Counted from the stretch's first letter, positions 49,181 through 60,325 are shown. The stretch is DNA of 64,000 bases from a virus (IMGVR_UViG_3300012344_000386:32001-96000); one strand, 5' to 3'. Numbers and translations: made by a program. Notes: generated from the letters alone by a model not told the origin.

Positions 49181-50836
49181 TTATAATTTATATTTTAAAA
49201 TTCCTGCACTATAACATTTAACTAAATCTTGTTTATGTTCAGAATCTTTAATTTTATTTAATCTATTATATCTTATTCCTTTATACATCCATTTCCAATT
49301 ATCACTTCTGCTTATATAAGTCATTCCAAGATTCTCATAAAGTTTACCGTTTGATATATCACATTCTGCATAACTGATAATATTTTTATAATCATAATGT
49401 TTTTTAAAATGTGAAAATAATTTACTGGCGCCTCCAATTATTTGATAATTAAGTTTATTACAAAATCTTATTATCTCTATATCATCATTATCAGATTTGA
49501 ATCTGGATTTACCAAATGTCATTATTGAAATTAATTCATCATTATAATAAAGTCCTAATCGTATTTTATCTATCGAATATCCTTGAAGGTGATTTTTATT
49601 TATAAATTCTTTTGCTATATTATAAGGAACTTCTTTAATTATTGTTTTCCTTGCATATATTCTGATATTATATATTCCTAATTTTGATTTAATAAGTGAA
49701 TATACTATATCTCTTTTATATAAGAGATCATCTTCCCATATGAATATTAATTGAATTCCTTTATCTTTACATTGTTTCCATTTATTATAATGGTAATTTT
49801 TTGTTTTAAATTTATCGGAATGCCACCAACAGCCATTATATTCTATAGCAACATTATTATTAGGAAAATAAAAATCCAATTCACCTTTAATAATATCTTG
49901 TGTATTTTTAATTACATTTAAATTTAATGAATCAATAAATTTTCCTAATTCTATTTCTTGAGATGATTTATTAAATCCATATAAGTGTTTATCACAGAAT
50001 TTTCTATATTCATTTGCTGTTGGTGAAAATGAAACTTTAGTATCACATATACAACAATGTGGTCTTCCTTTTAAATCATGAAGAAATTGATAATATACTT
50101 CTTTCATAACTATATTATCATTAAATGATTCTACATATTTTTCAAAATAAGTTATTAGAATTTTATAATATTTAGGAAAATAAGTTAACCACCATTTATA
50201 TTTCATATTATGTGAATATTTCTTATAAAACTCAGGAAATATCTTTTGGAATTCATTTATTTCTTTTTCTGTAGGTATATATGTATCTATTATGTTTTTG
50301 TTACATTGAATACAGAATGTTCCGTTATTATATTCATGTATTTTATTTGCCGTAGTTTTATAAACCGGTATATTACCATGAATACAATAATTATTGAATA
50401 TATAATAATTTGGTTTTGAATAATCACAGTTCATATTTTCTGTATATGAATCTACTTTATGTATATTGACATAATGTTTCAATGCACCTTGTTTACATTT
50501 ATCAGCATGCTCATTAGACAAATGTTGATATTCTGCTGTACATTCTTTACAACAACATTGTTGAAATCCTATTTTGAAATTCCGTAATTTCGTGTTATTG
50601 TTACAATTAGGATTTTTACATTTAGGTATAGTAGGAATATCTTTTAATATACAATAAAGTATTTCTCTGAATTCATCTTCAGAAAAATGTTGTTTATATA
50701 CATTATAAAATTCAGGAAATTTATTAAATACAGATTTTTTAATTAATGATTTTGATTTTATTTCATTATCTATTATATAAGTTTCTTTTAATCCTTTTAT
50801 TATATCATTGGTAAATATTTCTTGAATAGTGTTCAT
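49181..50836 (-). CDS. second Hef-like homing endonuclease, paralog of 47481-49178
   Basis: ELDFYFP...AIEYNGCWWHS, IWEDD, YARK..NHLQG..EIIRFC..IIGGASKL. Confidence 0.8.
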   Translation of the reverse strand: MNTIQEIFTNDIIKGLKETYIIDNEIKSKSLIKKSVFNKFPEFYNVYKQHFSEDEFREILYCILKDIPTIPKCKNPNCNNNTKLRNFKIGFQQCCCKECTAEYQHLSNEHADKCKQGALKHYVNIHKVDSYTENMNCDYSKPNYYIFNNYCIHGNIPVYKTTANKIHEYNNGTFCIQCNKNIIDTYIPTEKEINEFQKIFPEFYKKYSHNMKYKWWLTYFPKYYKILITYFEKYVESFNDNIVMKEVYYQFLHDLKGRPHCCICDTKVSFSPTANEYRKFCDKHLYGFNKSSQEIELGKFIDSLNLNVIKNTQDIIKGELDFYFPNNNVAIEYNGCWWHSDKFKTKNYHYNKWKQCKDKGIQLIFIWEDDLLYKRDIVYSLIKSKLGIYNIRIYARKTIIKEVPYNIAKEFINKNHLQGYSIDKIRLGLYYNDELISIMTFGKSRFKSDNDDIEIIRFCNKLNYQIIGGASKLFSHFKKHYDYKNIISYAECDISNGKLYENLGMTYISRSDNWKWMYKGIRYNRLNKIKDSEHKQDLVKCYSAGILKYKL

Positions 50837-50965
50837 AAATTTTTAAGTATATTTCACATTATTTATATATAAAAGAATACTCGAAGTTTATGTTTATTTT
50901 TTAAAAACAAATAGGTATTTTTTAACTATAAATATAAGGTAAGAAATTAAACAGCAAGTATAGTT

Positions 50966-52909
50966 ATGCAATTAAATGATTATATAAAGCAATATAATAA
51001 TAATGAAATAAGTTTAAGACAATTAATATATATAGTTAGAAATCATGAAGATATTAATAAAGAAGTATATGAGTTTACAGATTTTTTAAAGAATGATGAA
51101 GATATATTAGAGAGACTTTATTATGTTATTCATGATTTGCATGAGATAGTAACATGTAAGTATTGCAGTAAGAAAGCAGTATGGAGTGGACGTATAGGAA
51201 ACGGATACAAAACTACATGTGGATCTTATATATGTAAAGCGATGCATGCTTCTATGACTCGTGAAAAATACAAGGATAGTTTTGAGATTGCTAAACACAG
51301 GGATTCAAAATTCGTAGATTGGCAGAATTCAATTACTGAATTAGATGAAATGAATGATTATATTATTAAGAATCATATCATATATGATAAATATGTTCCA
51401 TTGATTACTAATAAGTACATATTGGATTATCTTAATAATAGATATAAAGATTCTGCATCTATATTGGAAACTGTTCAACGAATAAGGAAAGGCGTAGAAG
51501 AAAAACCTACATGTCCCGTATGTGGAAAACCTGTTATTTGGGTTGGTAAGAATACAAAGTTGTATACTAAATATTGTTCAACAAGTTGTTCCAGTAAGGC
51601 TCCAAGATTTAAATATATTCCGACACTATTGATTAAGTATACTGTTGATGATAATATAAATGAGATTATTGAGAAACAAGATAAGATTGATATAGAAAAA
51701 GAAAAGCAGGAGAAATTAAAGAAATCAATTCATAATAAGGATAAGGAAACGAAAAAAACATCAAGTATCAATGATGTATTTCCTATTAAGACTGAGACAA
51801 ATAGTTTAGATATTAAATCAGAAAAGAAAAAAGAAAAAATAGTTGATAAGAATACACCTATATCTGATTTATTAAGTAAGCCTAAATACAAACCTGTATT
51901 GATTAACGGTGAAGAAGAGACAGAAGAAAATATGTGTAAGAGCGCTAATGCTACATCCGCACATGTTAATGAGATTGTCGATAAGTATTTAGATAGAGAG
52001 TTTGAAAAAATTCAGAATATATATTTCCCACCTTCTACTGTTCATCCTGTTACAGAATTAGATTGTATCAAGGAATTTGAATATATAAAATCAAAGGATA
52101 GGAATTTGAAGACACCATCCAAGATTATTAAGATGTTTCATAAGTCTATTATATATGCACATATTGAAAATAGTGTTTCACCTTTTGATGGATGGAATAT
52201 GATTAAAAATGATAAGGAATTATTCAGGAAGTTATTATGTAATAGATTGAAATTTGCTGATTGGTATAAATCAGAAGAGCATAGGAAATATATTGATTTA
52301 TGTTATGTTCCTGATTTTATATATGGAATTGGATTGAATGCATCTAGGATGTTTCAGACTGTTACATATTTCAAACCGGATTTAGCAAAATATCTTATAA
52401 AGAAATATCTTAATGAATTTGATACAATATTTGATCCGTTCTCGGGATATAGTGGAAGAATGATAGGAACATTGGCATGTAATAAATCATATATAGGTAG
52501 AGATTTATGTGAATCAAGTGTTAAGGAAAGTAAGGAGATATATAAGTTTTTGAAACCTATAATTGATTCTGATTTATTAGTTAACGTTACATGTGATTTA
52601 GGAATTGCAGATTGTTGTAAGAATACTGGTAAATACCAATGTTTGTTGACATGTTCGCCATATGGAAATATTGAAAATTGGCCTGGAGTAGAGTCTGTTA
52701 ACAGAGGATGTGACGGATGGATAGATATTTGTCTTAAGAATTATGATTGTCAGAAATATTTGTTTGTGACAGATGATTTGATTACAAAATATGTGCCATA
52801 TATAAAAGAAACGTTGACAAACAGATCTCATTTTGGTTCCAATAAAGAATATGTTGTTATAATAACGAAAGAAGAACGGGATAAGATTATACAAAATATT
52901 AAAGGTTGA
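50966..52909 (+). CDS. DNA methyltransferase-like protein with two N-terminal zinc-ribbon modules
   Basis: IFDPFSGYSGR motif I, IGRD, LTCSPY motif IV variant; CxxC..CxxxC modules. Confidence 0.7.
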   Translation: MQLNDYIKQYNNNEISLRQLIYIVRNHEDINKEVYEFTDFLKNDEDILERLYYVIHDLHEIVTCKYCSKKAVWSGRIGNGYKTTCGSYICKAMHASMTREKYKDSFEIAKHRDSKFVDWQNSITELDEMNDYIIKNHIIYDKYVPLITNKYILDYLNNRYKDSASILETVQRIRKGVEEKPTCPVCGKPVIWVGKNTKLYTKYCSTSCSSKAPRFKYIPTLLIKYTVDDNINEIIEKQDKIDIEKEKQEKLKKSIHNKDKETKKTSSINDVFPIKTETNSLDIKSEKKKEKIVDKNTPISDLLSKPKYKPVLINGEEETEENMCKSANATSAHVNEIVDKYLDREFEKIQNIYFPPSTVHPVTELDCIKEFEYIKSKDRNLKTPSKIIKMFHKSIIYAHIENSVSPFDGWNMIKNDKELFRKLLCNRLKFADWYKSEEHRKYIDLCYVPDFIYGIGLNASRMFQTVTYFKPDLAKYLIKKYLNEFDTIFDPFSGYSGRMIGTLACNKSYIGRDLCESSVKESKEIYKFLKPIIDSDLLVNVTCDLGIADCCKNTGKYQCLLTCSPYGNIENWPGVESVNRGCDGWIDICLKNYDCQKYLFVTDDLITKYVPYIKETLTNRSHFGSNKEYVVIITKEERDKIIQNIKG

Positions 52910-52925
52910 ATATTACTCTTAATAT

Positions 52926-53909
52926 TCAACCTTTTTCATTTATCATACGCTCAAATTTTGAATTATTATATCTATTATAAAATAGTTTTTTTGCACGTAT
53001 TTTTACTTTTTGTATTCTTTTTAAATAAATCTTCAATACTTGTTGTATAGTATTAATACCGTATATATCATTAAAATTCTATTTATATTTCTGATTTATT
53101 ATATTTAAATTATTCATCATTAATATATCATTAATATATTTTTCAATATTATAATATATTAATAAAAAATTACCAGATTGTATATTTAAATATATAAATT
53201 TTTTAATTTGTGTATATGTATACTTACTTTTTAAAAATTTTATTCTTCTTATATTGTTTAAATCATGTTTATAACTATCATCTATATTTTCTAAATATGC
53301 AGTATATTCTGAATATGCAACATAATCTATAAATGAACTTAAATAATACATAATTGACGTTTCATTATTTTGTATAAGATTTTTATTATATGTTGTAAAA
53401 CTTATTTCTGGTTCATCCTATAATTCATATGTTTGTATTAAATAATCTCTAAATAATACTTCTTTCTATTGTATATCATTTGTAATTTTAATTGTGTGAT
53501 CAAATATATGTTTTATCTCATGATATATTGCTGGTACAATAGAATCTATATTAGTAAATTTTAACGGATTTATAAATATCACTGTGTGTTCAACTATATG
53601 ATTCTAATAATTATATTTAAATTCAACTTCAGGTGTAAATACCGATGTAAAATTAAATGTGGAATCAACTACAATATTTAATTTCCATATAAAATTAAAT
53701 ACGTTTTTTACATAAAATTCTTTATAATACGGTTGTTTTTCAGTCTTTGTCATATCATATATTCCGGTTGCTATTGTTTCAATTTTTAAACGAAATGACT
53801 AATCATTATAATTTAATATACCATACTATTCATATAAATCATCAGAATATAATTTATGAAAATTGTCTATACATGCACCATGTAAATTAGGATATTTCTT
53901 TTTTATCAT
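52926..53909 (-). CDS. HExxH zinc-metalloprotease-like protein (327 aa, TAG=Gln)
   Basis: AIYHEIKHIFD then SEYTAY; manual translation. Confidence 0.65.
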
Positions 53910-53976
53910 TATTAAAAATAATAATATTTTCTTTATTTATATATTGAACTTTTTAATTATTACATAATATAAGATA

Positions 53977-54243
53977 ATGTATAATTAGTGATATAACGTT
54001 TTTTTCATTAATAAATAATAGGAATGTTTATACGCTAATTCTTTTTTGTTTAATTTAGAAAAAGTAAATACATTTATTTGTTGGTTTGGTACAGACAAAG
54101 ATGTAAGTAAATGGTTGAAACGTGCTGATATATTAAATAAATGTACAAAATTTATTGATATTAATACAATAAAAATTAATAAATCAGATGGAATTATTTA
54201 TGAAATTATTCAAAAAATAAATGATTTAATTAATTTAGATTAA
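53977..54243 (+). pseudogene. possible degraded small gene
   Basis: ATG 53977 in frame with track ORF 54046 but interrupted by TGA 53989 and TAA 54016; TGAACT-N17-TATAAG upstream. Confidence 0.35.
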
Positions 54244-54273
54244 ATTCTATTTTTATATTTAAAATAATATATG

Positions 54274-54281
54274 TATCTTTG
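54274..54281 (+). promoter_or_regulatory. Bacteroidetes-type -7 promoter element TATCTTTG
   Basis: TAnnTTTG about 30 nt upstream of the methyltransferase gene. Confidence 0.65.
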
Positions 54282-54312
54282 TAATAATAATTAATATATA
54301 AAGACATTTATT

Positions 54313-55665
54313 ATGAAACAAAATAAAATATATAAGTTTACAAATAAAACAATAAATATTAAGCAATATATTAAGGATATTAATAATATTCATAATATTG
54401 TTATATTTGGTAACACTACAAATTTATTAGGAACATTTGAACGTGTATACTCTGATAAAGAAAATGAGATTGGTTACGAATATAATGGTATATTATATGA
54501 TAATCCATGTCCTTTACCAAAAATTGGTAACTTAGAAAATTCTATTGATAATTTAGATATTTTTGATAAATTAATAGATAATAATGTGGATATACTTATT
54601 ATTTGTGGTAATGATGTAACGAAAACGTATTGGGAAGATATATATGAATATTATGTAATACAAAATAATGGAATTGAAATTAAAAATTTTAGAATGCTTA
54701 ATTTCGATGAGAATAAAAATAGTTATGAATATGAAGTGAATAAGATAATTGAAAAGAATAAAAAATTTGATGTAATACTTGCAAATCCACCATATGGAAA
54801 TATTGGTAAAAAAATGCTTTATAATTTTTTTAATATTGCAAATGAAATAGTAAGTATACAGCCATCTAATTGGTTAATTACAAAAAGTCAAAATAAAAAA
54901 ATTACAAATAATGTGGATAATTGTGATTTTGTAGAAATTGAAACAGTTGATGGTAATGAATATTTTGATGCAGCTATTGCAGGACGAATAACAATAAATC
55001 ATTTTATTCAACAGAATAATAGTGCTCATCATAATAGACGTTATATATTATTTGATGGAAAGAAATATGATAAATGTAATGAAATAACATTAGCTAGTAA
55101 TGATTCTTTATTAACAGAATTTAAAAATATTGTTGAACCATTATATTTAAATGATAATTTACAAAATCATATAAAAAGTATACCAAATGTACACGTATTC
55201 GGTAATGCACCAGTTGAATATAACCCAGATGATAATTGGTGGATTTTTAGAATTACAAGATTTAGTGTACATCCGGATGGTAAACATACTAATTGGTGCA
55301 TTAATTCTCGAAATAATTTATGTATATATAAATTTAAAGATATAAAAAATAAAGTAGAAAAAGGAAATCAATTTTTAAAATATTATATACCTTTTAATAA
55401 TAAACAAGATGTTAAAAATCTTAATAATTATATACAAACTGATTTTTGTAGAATTTGCTTATATTTAATTCAAACGTCATATGAATTAGGGAGAGGAGAG
55501 TGTAAATGTATTCCTTATTTTGATTTTTCTGATGATATATTTAATAAATCACCTTCTGAAATAGATGATTATTTATTTAAGAAATATCACATATCTCAGG
55601 AAATAAGGACGCATATTGAAGAAATACTTCCGGATTATTATAATATAAGAAAAGGTAGAGATTAA
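54313..55665 (+). CDS. adenine DNA methyltransferase catalytic/specificity subunit (Eco57I/gamma-like NPPY plus TRD)
   Basis: KFDVILANPPY..IQPSNWL; C-terminal IPYFDF...EIDDYLFKKY; no FxGxG motif seen. Confidence 0.8.
   Translation: MKQNKIYKFTNKTINIKQYIKDINNIHNIVIFGNTTNLLGTFERVYSDKENEIGYEYNGILYDNPCPLPKIGNLENSIDNLDIFDKLIDNNVDILIICGNDVTKTYWEDIYEYYVIQNNGIEIKNFRMLNFDENKNSYEYEVNKIIEKNKKFDVILANPPYGNIGKKMLYNFFNIANEIVSIQPSNWLITKSQNKKITNNVDNCDFVEIETVDGNEYFDAAIAGRITINHFIQQNNSAHHNRRYILFDGKKYDKCNEITLASNDSLLTEFKNIVEPLYLNDNLQNHIKSIPNVHVFGNAPVEYNPDDNWWIFRITRFSVHPDGKHTNWCINSRNNLCIYKFKDIKNKVEKGNQFLKYYIPFNNKQDVKNLNNYIQTDFCRICLYLIQTSYELGRGECKCIPYFDFSDDIFNKSPSEIDDYLFKKYHISQEIRTHIEEILPDYYNIRKGRD
55035..55110 (+). 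repeat. left arm of perfect 76-bp inverted repeat
   Basis: tagacgttatatattatttgatggaaag...aatgattcttta; exact reverse complement of 56259-56334. Confidence 0.97.
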
Positions 55666-56333
55666 TTCTCTACCTTTATATTTTTATATTTATTTAAATC
55701 TAAACTATAATAGTTTGGTACAATTTTTAATATATGATTAACAATATTATTTAATATATTATATTTGTCAAACAAATATATATCAATATCTTCTATTGTC
55801 TTACTAAATATTTTATTATTAAAATCAACCCATGGAATATGTGTTAATGTATCATCATCTAAATGTAAATTTTTCTTAAAACAATATATACATGTACTAA
55901 CAAATAATGTATGCGTATATTTCCAAAAATTTTGTAATTCATTTTCATTATCAAATTCAATAAAATATTGAACATATTGATTACCATTTCTACTTATTTT
56001 ACTATTTAATTTATCTGCAATACCACAAACATCTGTATATTTTTCTTTATTTGAAAATAAATTATAGAACTCACCTATCAATTTAGAGCGGGTATTCGAA
56101 TGCCCGCTAAATGCTTTAATTCTACAAATATATTTATTTGATGGAAATTTTACATGTGGAGCATATGTATATGCTTTACCATTATTTGTTACTTTAATAT
56201 AATCACTTAATTTATTTGTTAATTTATCTATATTTGTTTTTTCAATAAAAGAATTAAGTAAAGAATCATTACTAGCTAATGTTATTTCATTACATTTATC
56301 ATATTTCTTTCCATCAAATAATATATAACGTCT
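55662..56333 (-). other. silent alternative C-terminal (TRD) cassette of the methyltransferase
   Basis: Open frame RRYILFDGKKYDKCNEITLASNDSLLNSF...IPWVDF...DIDIYLFDKY..PNYY, homologous to the expressed C-terminus; no ATG start, in-frame stop just upstream. Confidence 0.88.
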
Positions 56334-56334
56334 A
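56259..56334 (-). repeat. right arm of perfect 76-bp inverted repeat
   Basis: taaagaatcattactagc...atataacgtcta. Confidence 0.97.
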
Positions 56335-56392
56335 ATACGATAAACAATTTAAGTTATTAATTATATAAATAATAAATAAATATAATTTAATT

Positions 56393-56707
56393 ATGGAAAA
56401 ATATCTATATTTATATTATCAAGAAGGTAATACAGATAATATATATAATTTAGAACTTTCTGATTTAGATTTTGATGAATATAAAGAAAGTTATCCAAAT
56501 TATAATATATGTACATATTGGAATAATATTCCAGATACATTTTCTCTATATCACTTAAATTGTCCAAAGTTTGGAGGTATGTCTGGTATTGCATATTGGG
56601 ATAACGAGGATCCAGAATTACAACATTATACACATTGTTTTTTATATAATACAGATAAAGTATATATAAAAAATCTTGTTGAACGTGTTTTAAATACATT
56701 GAAATGA
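56393..56707 (+). CDS. hypothetical protein
   Basis: ORF track, 104 aa. Confidence 0.7.
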   Translation: MEKYLYLYYQEGNTDNIYNLELSDLDFDEYKESYPNYNICTYWNNIPDTFSLYHLNCPKFGGMSGIAYWDNEDPELQHYTHCFLYNTDKVYIKNLVERVLNTLK

Positions 56708-56721
56708 TTAATTAATGTAAT

Positions 56722-57198
56722 ATGAATAGTAGTTTTGATATAGAATAGTTTTTGTGTTTAGATAGTTATGCAACGGAAGAGAGAGTTTCCCGAAGAAAGG
56801 GATCAGCAGGTTCCCAGGAGTTTTTTACACCGTTTGAATTAATTAAGCGTATGTCTGATAAAGTTTCAGAAGATCAGTGGAATAATACAGAATCAAATTT
56901 CTTAGAGCCATCATTCGGAAATGGAAATTTCGTTATCTATATAATATATAATAAGATACAACATGGTTCAACATGGAAACAAGCATTAGAACATACATAC
57001 GGAACAGAACTAATGCAAGATAATGTTATAGAAACACATGGACGAATATTAGAAATGTTATCTAAACTTAATATAGATTATAATGTTGATACAGCAAAAT
57101 CAATATTAAACAATAATCTCGTTTGCGCAGATTTTTTCAAATGGGATTTTGAGAATTGGTGTCCGATAAAAGAGAATAAATGTGAAGCACTATTTTGA
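56722..57198 (+). CDS. SAM-binding half of an adenine methyltransferase (158 aa, TAG at codon 9)
   Basis: QEFFTP (motif X), FLEPSFGNGNF (motif I), YGTEL, NLVCADFF; ends before any NPPY. Confidence 0.8.
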
Positions 57199-57281
57199 TT
57201 ATGTAAATAAAGACATAGGATTTTTATAATTATATTTTCAGTATAAATATATAAATGAAAATTAAAATATAAATAATTACT

Positions 57282-57728
57282 ATGAATAAAAATTAAAAGA
57301 AATCACTTTATGAATCTATAATGAAATCTGTTTCAAAAACAGTAAAAAGAGCGCTTAATGAAAACTCTAATATACCTATGTCTTTAAATAATTTAAAGAA
57401 AATAATTTTATCATATTTTAATTCATCTGAAGTTAGAATTATGAGAGGTTCAAAAGGTACACATAGAGAACCAGAATCATTATTGAGAATATTTGCAAAT
57501 AATTATAATTTACAATAGAAATTCGATGATTTTTGTGGAGGAGAAAATAGTCATTTAACTATTCAATAGAATAATAATGGAACATATACATTAGCCGTTG
57601 GTCCTGTTGATAAAATAGATTTCGAATTTGAAGTATTTTCTGATCCTGATACAGAAGTATCATTTGGAGAGTTTTCATCTATAGATGATGCATTAAGTAC
57701 ATTTACACAAGAATTATCTACATATTAA
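57282..57728 (+). CDS. LYESIM...LNE-leader protein; TAA at codon 5 (pseudogene, or start at ATG 57321)
   Basis: MNKN*KKSLYESIMKSVSKTVKRALNE; frame continues through two TAGs to TAA 57726-28. Confidence 0.6.
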
Positions 57729-57777
57729 TAAAAAATGGTGAATATTTAATTTTATGTTAAATATTCACCATTTTATT

Positions 57778-58131
57778 TTACTTTTTCTATATTTTTCTTG
57801 AAGAAAAGTTCAATTTTTTAACCTTTTTATTCTTCCAGTTATATAGCACTGTATCAACATCAGTTTTACCGGAAACAATATTACTATATAACTGTTGGTC
57901 CATCTATGTTAATCCCATTTCCTGGTATGATAGATGACCTCCCAATAATTTATATCTTGTACCATTATCTGTATATACTTCTCTTCCTATCTGAAATACT
58001 AAAGTATCTTCAAGTAATCTACTATCATTTACTTCATCTCTTAATTCTCTCAGTTTATCTTCTAATGAAGCACCAAAAGATTTCCTTATTGTATTTTCTG
58101 ATAATGGTCTTATATTAATAATTCTTTTCAT
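57778..58131 (-). CDS. hypothetical protein (117 aa, TAG=Gln)
   Basis: Track ORF 57904-58131 extended through TAG. Confidence 0.65.
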
Positions 58132-58134
58132 TTA

Positions 58135-58551
58135 TTAAACATCATAATCTTCGTCTTCTTCATAAGTGTCGAACTCATCATCTACATCAGAATCATCAGG
58201 ACCTAATGGATCAACATTTTCATAATCACCTGATTTTGATTCCCATTGGTAATTGTCTTCAATAGCATCTACCAATGCGTCTTCATCTGATGTATCCACA
58301 TCATCATGAATCTCACATACATATTCATCATTATCATCATGAACCTCGTAGAATGTTCCACCTGTTTCCTCATCATAACAAGGAATAACAGTGCATTCAC
58401 AACCAATCAAAGGAACATATACAGTAATATCATCATCTGGATCAACATCCTGCTCGATACCATCGCCATATTCATTTAACTTTTTCTTAACTATCTTTGA
58501 TACATTCATCATGATAGACTCATATAATTTCTTCTTTTCACTAACTTTCAT
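58135..58551 (-). CDS. acidic LYESIM...LNE-leader protein
   Basis: MKVSEKKKLYESIMMNVSKIVKKKLNE. Confidence 0.75.
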   Translation of the reverse strand: MKVSEKKKLYESIMMNVSKIVKKKLNEYGDGIEQDVDPDDDITVYVPLIGCECTVIPCYDEETGGTFYEVHDDNDEYVCEIHDDVDTSDEDALVDAIEDNYQWESKSGDYENVDPLGPDDSDVDDEFDTYEEDEDYDV

Positions 58552-58600
58552 TTTATTATTAAAAATTATATTTTAATTCATATATATTTATTTGTATTCA

Positions 58601-60226
58601 TTATAATAGAGAATCAATCATGGCTTTACCATAATATGTAGGCATTATAATCATATATGCTTCATCATCACTTCCACCATATAGGGAATGACCATATTTC
58701 CCGTCATTATTACAACATATCAATTTCACCAATGATACACCCCAATGATCTTTATTCTAAACAGCCTCCTTAAATGAATTAGGAAATGTCTTATCATCTG
58801 TAGGTATATAGTAATAGTTTGATTTACTTGTATAAGGATTATAATATTTTTTAGTAAAATTATCATATGTAATCTTACATTGTCCTTTACTACATATCTT
58901 AACCATTATAGGATAACCATTACCATCATTAAACATTGTCCACTTATATCCTGGCAAGCCACATCGTTTATCTAATAATGTTCTAAATATTTTTTTGCGC
59001 TTATTATATTTCTTATTATCTTCCTTTAATTTTTTTATATCTGTTTTATCTTTTTCATCATAATCATTTACATTTCCTGTAAATGTTACAGTCCATATCC
59101 ATTCTGTATAATTAGTATAATAATTTTTTGAAATATTTAAATTACCATATGATACATTTACCGGTTTAGGTCTTGTACATGTCAACATAAGTCCTTCATC
59201 AGGTGATAAAAAAACTCGATATACATTTTCATCCTATTCAAACATTTGTTTCACAAAATTATTATCAATTGCCTATATATCATGTCTGCGTTTATTTATA
59301 AAATCTTCGTATTCCTTAAATCTTTTATTTATAGTTTCTGTTAAATCTTTACTAATACTATAACGAGATTCACATGCGTATTGTATCTATTGTTTTACCT
59401 ATGCAGGTGTCATATTTTCAAATCTATAATAACCGAATAAAGACGGTGCTTCAACCTTATATAATTTCCATCCTTTACTGTTTATAAGGTTTATGAAATC
59501 TTTCAAATATTTAGGATAATTCCATGTGTATTCTGGTGTTATGCTTGTACCACTCATATTAAATACAAATTTATCATATTCTTCATTTGTATGCTTGATA
59601 TATTTCCATCCACGTGGTTTTGTAATACCTATACTCTACATTAATACATTTTCTAATGATGTTTCTTTTGGTAGATCTAAAATCTTTTTTTGTAAGTCAG
59701 ATGTTAATGCTCTATTAACTTCATCGTCTCCAAATATATCATCATCGTCGAATAATCCGCCTCCAGATGTTTTCTATTCTACTGCATTATCAAAACCTTT
59801 ATTGTTTTCCGTATTATCTTTTGTTTCAACTTGTTTTTTTGTAGATGTATTATTAGTAGAAGGTTTTCCTGTATTTTTATTATATAGAGCTTGAATTTCT
59901 TCAATAGTACCACCTAATTCTAAATACTTATGTCCTACCAATTTAAATGTTTTAATATCATCAATATCATCTTCAGTCTATGGACATGGTTTTCTCATTA
60001 TAATAAGAGCTGCAACATATCTATTGAGAAGATTATCTTTATCTCCTTTACCTGGTTTAATATTCTCTGCTTCTGTTGATTTATTTCTAGAACATGTAGA
60101 TGCTACGCTTAACCAAAGTTTCTTATCTATGGTTCTCTATACAGAAAGTCTTGCCATTTCATTTATTGATTTCTTAATAGCAATACCTATACTTTCAATT
60201 AAACTTCTATATAATTTTTGATTCAT
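58601..60226 (-). CDS. hypothetical protein with related leader (541 aa, TAG=Gln)
   Basis: MNQKLYRSLIESIGIAIKKSINEMAR...; internal GLFDDDDIFGDD; frame read manually, only TAG interruptions. Confidence 0.78.
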
Positions 60227-60325
60227 TTTTAATATAATAAATTATTATATTATTTATTTTACATATATAAATAAAATAAAAAGTCTGAATTATAATCATA
60301 TATAATTCAGACTTTTTTATATCTA

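Noticed and set aside
55035-56334. Diversity-generating retroelement TR/VR pair or transposon terminal repeats
   Set aside because: Repeats are identical with no adenine-specific mismatches; no reverse transcriptase or transposase; the interior encodes two homologous TRD halves.
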